From contig JAUUVJ010000012.1 of assembly GCA_030589605.1 (NCBI GenBank), positions 1-18,612 on the forward strand: a stretch of 18,612 bases of DNA. Reading direction: 5' to 3'. The translations under genes and the position numbers were made by a program. Shown piece after piece: positions 8,922-17,096 of the stretch. The notes under the pieces are model-generated. The model saw only the letters and a program-made list of their open reading frames with translations, was not told the DNA's origin and searched no databases. The first letter of the stretch is position 1. The number at the start of each line of letters is the position of its first letter. The DNA comes from Candidatus Hodarchaeota archaeon (lineage in GTDB: Archaea; Asgardarchaeota; Heimdallarchaeia; Hodarchaeales; Hodarchaeaceae).

Positions 8922-9122
8922 GTGAAAACTCGGATTAAAGAATTCAGAGCACGATATAATTTAACTCAGAAGGAACTTGCAGGCAAAGTTGGTGTTCGAA
9001 GATAAACAATTATGTTCCTAGAAAAAAGAAAGTACAATCCCTGTCTTAAACTAGCATATAATATCGCTCAGGTTTTCGAAACCTCAATTGAAAACATTTT
9101 TATCTTTGAGATTGAAGAATGA
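8922..9122 (+). pseudogene. XRE-family small HTH transcriptional regulator interrupted by in-frame TAA (9003-9005)
   Basis: GTG start, then [65 protein letters not shown]. This matches the ubiquitous ~66-aa regulator pattern (.LtQeeLA.kvGVsRQTI..iE.GKYNPSL.LA..IA.vF...ieeiF.fe). The stop sits where the conserved Gln (CAA) of RQTI is expected. Missed by the ORF track because each half is short. Confidence 0.8.
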
Positions 9123-9570
9123 AAACTTCCTAACTCTACTGTTAAAACTGAAATTTATTGTGCCATGGCTTATAGTTTTCAGGTATTTTAAACAAATTAT
9201 TCTGTTCAAATATATTTTTTTAAATATACAATACTTCTGGATTTGATGAACAAGAGATTTTACTAGCAAGGCTATCTAATTCTTCGTATAAAACTAGTTT
9301 CAGTTTTCTTTTTAGGTTTCAAATACCCCACATTTCCGAGGCAAGAACTTCTACCTTATTTGATCAGGAGAAAAATAACAGTAGGGAATATTTTACTGAC
9401 GATATACCATCTATCTTTAACCTTTGTGCTTATGATTACAGCCAAAGTAAAGTGGAAAAGAATTCGCTTATGAAATGACATATTAATCTGGTCAAGTTTC
9501 CTCAGGATTACCTAGAGAATACTCAAGCCTTAAATATTATTATGAAAAAGTAGATTCTGAGGATAAAAAG

Positions 9571-10872
9571 TTGGGAATTGAAAATCTATCTTCAACAGGA
9601 TTTCAGCCTGAATTAGTCAATTTAACTGAAATGAAAGAAGTTGTAGCTACATCTATCTTTATTGGAGACGGAATGTCTGGTAAAACTCAGATTCTAATTA
9701 CCCTTGGAAAATTATTATTGGAATATTTACAGAAAATCTATCAGATATCAAAAACGAATAATCCAAGCCTAGAGGCAGAATCACAGGAATTTTCAAAATC
9801 TCTTCGAACTTGGGCTGAAGGATATGGTTTTTTCTTAAGATATGGAAAGATAAAATGGAATATTATGGATGTTAGTCTTGATGCAGAAACTGTAGGATTA
9901 GAGGATTTTGAATTCATCTTTCCATATGTCTGGAAAGGACAAACGTACAAAATAAAACTTCAAGGAAATGATGTGGGAGGTCAAAATATATTCGATCATT
10001 TCAGAACTGTTCTAGGTAAGATTGTAAGCCCAGAAGATTTTTTAATTGTTGTTTTTGACAAATCTAGACAGTTATCATGTTTTAATAGTATTAACCAGAT
10101 TAAATCTATTATTGAGAATCGATCCGATTTTCCTCGAATAATCTATTGCGTGAACAAAATTGATTTAGAGGAACATATTCAAGCCACAACTTGGCGTGAG
10201 GGTGTATCTAAATCAATATTACAGGAGATTGAAAGCATAAGTTATTCTCATCAAGGAGAATACTCTATACCATCTTTAGTAGGAAAAGAAGAAAAAAGCA
10301 TTAGGTATAAAATTGAGAATAATAGATTGACTTTTCCTGACTTAGAAGCAATAATCTATAACTCGATTAGAAGTTCGGATAGCAAATATAAAACGCAACT
10401 GATGAGTGAAGTTAATACTAAAGCTCTTTCTCGGGAAATTGCTGCTCAAATATCCTATAGCAAAAAAGCAGATAACATTGGAAATCAAAATGACCATTTA
10501 GGGGAATTATGGAGTGATTTTAAAGACTTACTCTTTCAATATCGTCCTCTTGCAATACAATATTCAATAAAATCCGATTTAGCCCGAAAAGAAGAAGATT
10601 CTGATATTTATGGCCGAATACGAGAAAAATGGCTTTATTTTGCAGTCAATTTACCAATCCCTGAAGAATTAGTAATGTTAGCCATTGAAAAAGCGGGCAG
10701 TGCGGGAGATATTCTTTCGGAAATGGAAGCTGTTTTCGATACAAACGCTCTTATGGGAAGTGGAATTCTTAAGATAATAGATCATATAACCCAAGAAGCT
10801 TTGATCAAAATTGGAGAATCAAGTATTCAAAAAACAAAAGAACCAATCAGAAGACAATTCAGAAGATTTTAA
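9571..10872 (+). CDS. Divergent Ras-superfamily (Arf/G-alpha-like) GTPase with pre-switch-I insertion and long C-terminal extension
   Basis: G1 GDGMSGKT (nt 9664-9687), candidate G2 Thr in AETVGLED, G3 DVGGQ (9970-9984), G4 NKID (10153-10164). TTG start with GAGGA 8-9 nt upstream. The ATG at 9631 (MKEVVATSIFIGDGMSGKT) would give a more canonical N-terminus. Confidence 0.85.
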   Translation: MGIENLSSTGFQPELVNLTEMKEVVATSIFIGDGMSGKTQILITLGKLLLEYLQKIYQISKTNNPSLEAESQEFSKSLRTWAEGYGFFLRYGKIKWNIMDVSLDAETVGLEDFEFIFPYVWKGQTYKIKLQGNDVGGQNIFDHFRTVLGKIVSPEDFLIVVFDKSRQLSCFNSINQIKSIIENRSDFPRIIYCVNKIDLEEHIQATTWREGVSKSILQEIESISYSHQGEYSIPSLVGKEEKSIRYKIENNRLTFPDLEAIIYNSIRSSDSKYKTQLMSEVNTKALSREIAAQISYSKKADNIGNQNDHLGELWSDFKDLLFQYRPLAIQYSIKSDLARKEEDSDIYGRIREKWLYFAVNLPIPEELVMLAIEKAGSAGDILSEMEAVFDTNALMGSGILKIIDHITQEALIKIGESSIQKTKEPIRRQFRRF

Positions 10873-11033
10873 ATTTCTGCTACATGTTCTTAATCTATCC
10901 AAACTTCTCGTTCTCTGTTACAGTAATTGAATGAGGAAACCTTCATGCTATATGAGGAATAATACATTTCACAAAATTCCCTCAATTTATGTATTTTCCT
11001 ATTAAAAAGACTTCTTCTGATTGTTTATTACCC

Positions 11034-12596
11034 TTAATCCTGTAGTTTCGGCAAATTAATTGTTAATGTTGTACCTGTATCTCTACCCTCACTGTAAGCG
11101 TATATACTACCATTGTGGAGACTGATTATTTCACTAGAGATATATAGTCCATTCCCTGTCCCTGTAATATTGTATTCTGTTGGATAGGATACAAATTTAT
11201 CAAAGATTTTCTCCAAATTATCAGGTTCTATCCCAGCACCATTATCAGTAACAATTATCTGAACTTCAATATCAGAAACACTCAATTCTATAGAAATATT
11301 CCTGGTTTTACTTTGAGAGTTATTGATTGCATTTTCAAGAACATTGCCTAGAACATTTTTCAGTCTTTTAGGATCACCATTTATGATTATTTTTTCTTTA
11401 ACATTAAGGTTGATCCATCGTATTTGTCCTTGATATAATCTGATATATGGTTCAATGAAGGAGGTTAAAAACTCAATTATTTCCATTTTCTCTAAATTAA
11501 CTTCAAGTTTTCCTCTTTCTATTTTGTAAATGTCACTTACATCACTACTAAGATCTTCTAAACGATGTAAATTCTTCATTATAACATCTAAGAAATAAAT
11601 TTTTCTTTCATCTTCTTCTTGCTTCATTAAGAATTCTGTATACCCTTTTATAATAGTAATAGGAGTACGTAATTCGTGTGCGGTTTTGTCCATAAATTCT
11701 CGCCTTTTCTCAGCAAGTGATTCTCGTTCTTCTTGAGTCTTTTTTCTTTCTGTTACATCGCGAGCAACTAAGAAAAATCCTAAAGGGTGGCTTAACTCAT
11801 CTTTAATAACTGATGTACTTATTTCAGCACTGAATTTGCTACCATCCTTCCGAATCATTGTGTATTCAGTCTCATTAATTGCTCCTAGCTCAATGGTCTT
11901 TTTCATATTCTTAAGAGCATACTGGTGGTCATTGGGAATAATTAAATCATAAACACTCTTTCCAATTAATTCATTCTCTGTTTCATAGCTATACAACATT
12001 ACTGTTTGCTGGTTAAGGACAACAATGTTCGCATTAAGGTCTAATAAAAGTATAGCATCTGGTGACAGTTCCACAAGCATACGATATCGTTCTTCACTTC
12101 TGTGTAAAGCCTCTTCAGCTTTTTTACGCTCTGTAATGTCAGTAAAAATATAAACTATACTATTAGATCTTTCAGGCGTAGAAATAAGAGAAACAGTTGT
12201 TAAAAAAACAGGTACCCGATTACCATCTTTTGTTAAAAGATTACACTGAAATGAACTACTGATCCCCTCATGATGTTTTACAGAGTCCCTCTCGAATTTA
12301 TTAAGTTCCTCTGAGGGTATAATAATATCCTTTTGTTTTCCTAGCAACTCCAATTCAGTATATTTTAGGATCTCAGCAGCTCTAGGATTTACAAAAGTAA
12401 AATTTCCTTCTATACCTTCTAAGAGAATTCCTTCATTTAAACTCTTTACCAAAAATTCGTATCTTTCTTTATATTCGTTTAGATCATCATCTTTTTTTTT
12501 AATAAGAGAAATAATTTGTTGTTGAAAACTAGGAGGTAATGAACTGAGAATATCGCCTTTAATGAAATCTTCTATATCATTATTCTCCATATTCAT
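11034..12596 (-). CDS. Cytoplasmic sensor histidine kinase with two PAS domains
   Basis: Two PAS modules ending in FTDITERKKAEEAL and ARDVTERKKTQEE. H-box KTAHELRTPITIIKGYTEFL. HATPase_c motifs VLENAINNS, DNGAGI, GTGNGL. No TM segments. Confidence 0.95.
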   Translation of the reverse strand: MNMENNDIEDFIKGDILSSLPPSFQQQIISLIKKKDDDLNEYKERYEFLVKSLNEGILLEGIEGNFTFVNPRAAEILKYTELELLGKQKDIIIPSEELNKFERDSVKHHEGISSSFQCNLLTKDGNRVPVFLTTVSLISTPERSNSIVYIFTDITERKKAEEALHRSEERYRMLVELSPDAILLLDLNANIVVLNQQTVMLYSYETENELIGKSVYDLIIPNDHQYALKNMKKTIELGAINETEYTMIRKDGSKFSAEISTSVIKDELSHPLGFFLVARDVTERKKTQEERESLAEKRREFMDKTAHELRTPITIIKGYTEFLMKQEEDERKIYFLDVIMKNLHRLEDLSSDVSDIYKIERGKLEVNLEKMEIIEFLTSFIEPYIRLYQGQIRWINLNVKEKIIINGDPKRLKNVLGNVLENAINNSQSKTRNISIELSVSDIEVQIIVTDNGAGIEPDNLEKIFDKFVSYPTEYNITGTGNGLYISSEIISLHNGSIYAYSEGRDTGTTLTINLPKLQD

Positions 12597-12768
12597 GATT
12601 ATTCACCTATTTGGATATCAAAGTAAGTTATGAACTAGAATAAATAATCTTCTAAATAATTCGCAAGAATATTTATGAAAAAACTGAATTAGTTACGAAT
12701 ACCACTTCGAGTTTAATTTTAAAACGATTGTTCACAACAATTTTTAAGCAAGGATTATCTACATTTTT

Positions 12769-12972
12769 TTGGATAGAGGAGTATTTGTCATAGATCACAA
12801 ATCTCCAATATTAATTACAGATCTTTCTTTGGAACAAGCAATTAAAGAATTAGAAGAAAAATTATCGAAAAACCCCCTCCTTATCGATTTAACTGAAAAG
12901 AATTACCAAGAATTATGGGAGAGTTTTGCACAATCTCAAATAATACAGGAAGAAAAAAGTCAGAACAGATAG
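12769..12972 (+). CDS. Hypothetical small protein (67 aa, TTG start)
   Basis: Supported only by an open frame and plausible acidic/helical composition. No motif recognised. The frame continues beyond its TAG (see findings). Confidence 0.3.
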   Translation: MDRGVFVIDHKSPILITDLSLEQAIKELEEKLSKNPLLIDLTEKNYQELWESFAQSQIIQEEKSQNR

Positions 12973-12998
12973 AGAACCTATCGAAAAAAAGGAGAAAT

Positions 12999-13021
12999 GT
13001 TGTCTCAACGGATGAGACAAC
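12999..13021 (+). other. Perfect 9-bp stem / 5-nt loop hairpin
   Basis: gttgtctca-acgga-tgagacaac starts 27 nt after the TAG at 12970-12972. It is not followed by a strong T run, so its role as a terminator is uncertain. Confidence 0.3.
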
Positions 13022-13361
13022 TGCTAGAACATTAAATGAATCTTTTAAAAGTAAAAAGTTTCTTGGGATCAGGGAAAATGGACGATGATTCGGATAGATT
13101 AACGATTTCAGTGTTACACACCTTCAAGCAATATTGTCGTTTTAAAAAGCGCTAAAAAAATAAGTAGATATGAGTTGAAGACGCCTACGCAATTTTTTGT
13201 TACTTTCTTAGCTAACATTTGGAAAAAGCTTTTTTAATTAGTAATATCATAAATAATAGAAAAAGAATATTATCTCGATATTTCTTTGTTTGTTCGTCGT
13301 TGTCCATATTTGGAATATTAGTAATCAAAAATAAAGTCAAGTTCAGAAAAATGAGGAATGA

Positions 13362-15176
13362 ATGGAAAAAATCTGTTACTTAAGGGTTATAATGAGGATT
13401 ACGATTGTGGAGTCAAGATTAGAGAACAAGTTTCAGGAGCAGAAAGAATTTTTTCAGAAGACATTGGAATCTTTCGGTGTACCATTTTATATTATTAATA
13501 TCGATAACTATAATGTTAAACACGCAAGTATATCTTTCGATTTGGATCTCTCAAAGGATGAAGTAAAATGTTACTCTCTTCTTCATAGGAACCGAACACC
13601 CTGCAGAGGTGAAAATGAATCATGTCCAATTTCAGAGATTAGAAGAACCAAAAAAAGGGTGATAGTTAAACACATTCATTACGATAAGACGGGCAATTCT
13701 AGAGTACATGAGATTCATGCTCATCCAATTTTTAATGACAATGGAAATATCACACACATTTTTGAGTATCTATATGATATATCATCCAGGAGAGTTTTGA
13801 CTAAACTAGCTCCTCATTCACTAGTGGAACTACCAGACAAAAATTCAGCCTCTGATGAATCATATGAATTGATATCGGGTACTAATTTCGAGATGGGAGC
13901 ACGAAATATCTTTGATAGTTGCAAGGATGTAATTGGCGCAACTAGTGGGTATGTTGCATTGTTATCTAAGGATGGAACTCTGAACGAAGTTGTTTTTCTT
14001 GACTCAGGAGGTTTAACATGTAATGTAGATCCCTCTTTACTAATGCCAATCCGTGGTTTACGTGCTAAAGCTTATAAATCTGGTAATACTGTATTTGAGA
14101 ATGATTTTCCTGATAGTAGTTATACAGATTTGTTACCAGATGGACATGTCAAACTTAAAAATGTTCTCTTTGCACCCTTGAATATTAATGGTAAAACAGT
14201 TGGTATAATTGGCCTTGCAAATAAACCAGGTAATATTACCGAATATGATGCTCAAATAGCCTCAATGTTTGGAGATATAATTGCGAAAGCTCTAGATAAC
14301 TCCTATAATATTGATATATTTAGTATGACTGAAGATAAGATACAATCGAATTTAGAAAAGGGATCATTTCCTACTAAAAGTGAAATGGAAGAGTTTCTTA
14401 AAAGAACAAATGATCTTAAGGAGCGAATAATAGAATTAAATAGTTATCATGAAATTTCAAAGATTTTTTCAGAGCAAAAGCGATTACGTCTCTTACAAGA
14501 GCAATTTATAGCGGTTTCAACGCATGAATTACGTACACCTATGACTGTAATAAAGGGGTACATTGACTTTTTACTCCGGTATCCTGAGCTTACAATTGAT
14601 AAAATCACTCAAATTTTCAATATTATTAACAAAAGTGTGGATCGTCTGATTAAACTAATAAACAATGTTTCAGTTCTTTCAAAAATCCAAACCGATATAT
14701 TTAAAATTTATCCACAACCAATTAAGATAATAGATCTCTTATCTACTATTCAAGAAGAGATTCAGGTAGTCTATTCTCATAGAATTATCAATTTGAATTA
14801 TATTCCACATTTGAAAACGATAAATATGATAAATATTGACAAGGACGGGATAATACAAGTACTTAATAATCTAGTAAGTAATGCTGTAAAGAATTCGCCA
14901 AAAGGGAGTATTATAAATATTTCAGTGATTTTAAATCCTGAAAAGTTGGTTATATCAGTTCAAGATCAAGGCCCAGGAATCCCTACCCATATTCTCTTTA
15001 GACTTTTTCAACCATTTTCTCATTTTGACACTGAATATTCTTCAGGAGGCACAGGACTAGGTCTTTTCATAGTAAAAACTATCGTTCAAGAACATGAGGG
15101 GATAATTGAGGTTCATTCAATTGAAGATATTGGTTCGACATTTGTGATAACTTTACCAATAAAAATCGTAGATTAA
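13362..15176 (+). CDS. Sensor histidine kinase with Cys-rich PAS-like module and GAF-like domain
   Basis: N-terminal module KCYSLLHRNRTPCRGENESCPISE...HIHYDKTGNSRVHEIHAHPIFNDNGNITHIFEYLYDIS. Central GAF-like region GATSGYVALLSKDG...VLFAPLNINGKTVGIIGLANKPG. H-box VSTHELRTPMTVIKGYIDFL. HATPase_c motifs NLVSNAVKNS, DQGPGI, GGTGLGL. Confidence 0.9.
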   Translation: MEKICYLRVIMRITIVESRLENKFQEQKEFFQKTLESFGVPFYIINIDNYNVKHASISFDLDLSKDEVKCYSLLHRNRTPCRGENESCPISEIRRTKKRVIVKHIHYDKTGNSRVHEIHAHPIFNDNGNITHIFEYLYDISSRRVLTKLAPHSLVELPDKNSASDESYELISGTNFEMGARNIFDSCKDVIGATSGYVALLSKDGTLNEVVFLDSGGLTCNVDPSLLMPIRGLRAKAYKSGNTVFENDFPDSSYTDLLPDGHVKLKNVLFAPLNINGKTVGIIGLANKPGNITEYDAQIASMFGDIIAKALDNSYNIDIFSMTEDKIQSNLEKGSFPTKSEMEEFLKRTNDLKERIIELNSYHEISKIFSEQKRLRLLQEQFIAVSTHELRTPMTVIKGYIDFLLRYPELTIDKITQIFNIINKSVDRLIKLINNVSVLSKIQTDIFKIYPQPIKIIDLLSTIQEEIQVVYSHRIINLNYIPHLKTINMINIDKDGIIQVLNNLVSNAVKNSPKGSIINISVILNPEKLVISVQDQGPGIPTHILFRLFQPFSHFDTEYSSGGTGLGLFIVKTIVQEHEGIIEVHSIEDIGSTFVITLPIKIVD

Positions 15177-15228
15177 ATATACAATTTTAGAGAAATAATT
15201 CTGTTACATTAAAATGATCAATTTATTA

Positions 15229-15237
15229 TTTTTTTTT
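15229..15237 (+). terminator. Oligo-T (T9) tract downstream of the kinase gene
   Basis: Nine consecutive T about 55 nt after the TAA at 15174-15176. Archaeal RNA polymerase terminates at oligo-T. Confidence 0.4.
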
Positions 15238-15343
15238 AGATCTGGAAAACAAAAATAAAGGCAAAGTTTTTTTATACCAGATTTAGAAGCAGATTTCGAT
15301 AATTAAGCTTAAAAAATCTTATCAGTATTCTGACTGTAATGAA

Positions 15344-15640
15344 ATGGTGAAAAATTTGGTAAAACTAGATCAAGTAATTGGACAGGAGATTACTCTTACT
15401 GGATTTGCTAAAGTAGCCAAAGGAGGAACAGTTCTTATCACAGAGGATAACAATGTAGTTTATGTAAAAGGATCAGGATATTGGCCACTAGACCTGATAA
15501 ATAAACAAGTGAAAGTTCGGGGAGTGTTGAAAAAAGAGCAGTTTATCCCTGAAGCCACTATTGATGAGTATGGCGGTATTAGCAGCGGCGCTACAGGGAA
15601 ACAATATGTGCTGGAAATGATAGAGTATTCAAAGGTCTAA
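15344..15640 (+). CDS. Hypothetical protein (98 aa), beta-rich, unknown family
   Basis: ATG start and clean ORF in an otherwise stop-dense AT-rich region. The pattern G.EITLTG.AK.AKGG.VL......VYV.G...WP.DL..K.VKV.G.L...Q.IPE...D..G.IS.GA.G.QYVLE looks like a conserved small domain, but I cannot name it. Confidence 0.5.
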   Translation: MVKNLVKLDQVIGQEITLTGFAKVAKGGTVLITEDNNVVYVKGSGYWPLDLINKQVKVRGVLKKEQFIPEATIDEYGGISSGATGKQYVLEMIEYSKV

Positions 15641-15905
15641 GAAAAATATCATTTATTTTATCGGGGAAGAAAAGCATATTTCTTCGGAAGGAATAAAGGA
15701 GAAGAGAGAATATCAGATTTCCCTAGGGTCATTAATTCCTCTTTTCACCTTTCTAAATATCAGAATTACTAGAATTGGAAACACAATCACGATTCCAGTT
15801 ATACTGGGAGTTGTGGAAGATTTTTGGAGAAAATAATGCGAATTAATCTTCGAATTTTAATTAAGTATCTTTTTCATCCATCATTTGACAGATCTTTAGC
15901 GGTGA

Positions 15906-17096
15906 ATGATGAAGCCTAAAGAAAAAGAAATCATTGATACTAAAATAACAGATCAATGGGGTGTAAATTGGACACCCATGGAAATTGCAAGGGACTTTCT
16001 TCAAAATTTCTACGATGACAACAAAATAGATGATATTAAAATAGAAATTAAAAGAACATCTGTTGTTGTATCTGCTCCTAAGGTCTTTGATTATAAAGAA
16101 TTACTATATTTGGGTTCAGATAAAGAAAAAGGAAAAATTGGACAATATGGGGAAGGATTCAAAGCTGCAACGTTAAATGCTTTGCGAAACCATAATTGTA
16201 ATGTAATAGTTATAATCAGGGATATTAAATTAGATTTCTTCTTTACTTCTGAAAAAATAGGGAGGACGGAAAAAAAAGTGGTGAAATGTAAGAAAACAAC
16301 TTCCAGCAAAACTCCAGGAACTAAGCTTATACTTGAAAATTGTCCTGAAGAATTACTAAACGAATTCAGATTTGGTCTAAAGCATTTCTACTATGATAAC
16401 AATCCTCTATTTGGGGAAATTTTAGCGAGTACATATGAACAAGATATTTTTGTGTATAAATCTACAGATAATAATGGTTATGTTTTCTATAAAAATCTCT
16501 TACGGGCGAGAATAGGTGTCCCACTTGTGTTAGTTTGTAATCGAGCGTACTCCTCAGTGGATAAGGTAATTCAATTCGACCGAGACCGAAAAGCATTTGA
16601 TACTCATGTTCTAGAGAGCATTTATGAATTCATTTTTAGACCACTTAATAAAATTAGTCCTATAGTGGAATTTCTACAACCTTGGTGGTCTGATGGTCAC
16701 AAAATGCTTTCAACGATAGCTAAATCTGCCACTTACTTCCAAAAAATGCAATTTCCAGAGAAGTATTATGCTAAACACTCCACAAAAAAAATTTTCAATC
16801 CACAGATGAAAAAAGAAATAGAACAAAAACAAAAAGAACTATATGAGAGCGATTACATAGAATGTCCACATTATATGTCCAAATTAGGAATGAAAAATAT
16901 AATTACGATTATAGAAGAACAGAGAATAAGAGCAAGAAAACAACAGCAAGAAGAACCAGAGATTAGATCACTTATTCATGTAATTATCGATAAACTTTCA
17001 GAGGAGCAAAAATCCAGACTTTTAAAGAATATTCCAGAGGAGCAGCTACTAAAAATCCTCCAAAAAGAGAATATTTCACTTAAAGACTTTCTCTAA
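15906..17096 (+). CDS. GHKL-superfamily (sacsin/Hsp90/MORC-like) ATPase-domain protein, function unknown
   Basis: N-box-like ARDFLQNFYDD (compare ELLQNADDA / ELISNSSDA) at nt 15993-16019. Glycine motif LGSDKEKGKIGQYGEGFKAATL (compare sacsin iG.S.K....iGrFGiGFnS and Hsp90 IGQFGVGFYS) at nt 16137-16160. The remainder (~300 aa) is unrecognised, with a charged helical C-terminus. Confidence 0.6.
   Translation: MMKPKEKEIIDTKITDQWGVNWTPMEIARDFLQNFYDDNKIDDIKIEIKRTSVVVSAPKVFDYKELLYLGSDKEKGKIGQYGEGFKAATLNALRNHNCNVIVIIRDIKLDFFFTSEKIGRTEKKVVKCKKTTSSKTPGTKLILENCPEELLNEFRFGLKHFYYDNNPLFGEILASTYEQDIFVYKSTDNNGYVFYKNLLRARIGVPLVLVCNRAYSSVDKVIQFDRDRKAFDTHVLESIYEFIFRPLNKISPIVEFLQPWWSDGHKMLSTIAKSATYFQKMQFPEKYYAKHSTKKIFNPQMKKEIEQKQKELYESDYIECPHYMSKLGMKNIITIIEEQRIRARKQQQEEPEIRSLIHVIIDKLSEEQKSRLLKNIPEEQLLKILQKENISLKDFL

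Noticed and set aside
9084-9950. Track ORFs 9084..9269(-) and 9741..9950(-)
   Set aside because: The first overlaps the 3' end of the XRE pseudogene and AT-rich spacer, and the second is antisense to the GTPase. Neither has a recognisable motif.
10741-10764. TNALMGSG near the GTPase C-terminus as the definitive G5 box, implying a 190-aa G4-G5 insertion
   Set aside because: This is not adopted as the primary interpretation. IESISYSHQGE aligns with Ras IETSAKTRQGV at the canonical distance from NKID. The question is kept open inside the GTPase finding, pending a structure prediction.
4564-13155. Idea that TAA is reassigned to Gln (ciliate-like code), prompted by TAA at a conserved Gln position in the XRE gene
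   Set aside because: At least eight genes in this window terminate on TAA at canonical protein C-termini, for example all three HATPase_c domains ending shortly after the G2 box. The frames close quickly after them, so TAA is a functional stop here.
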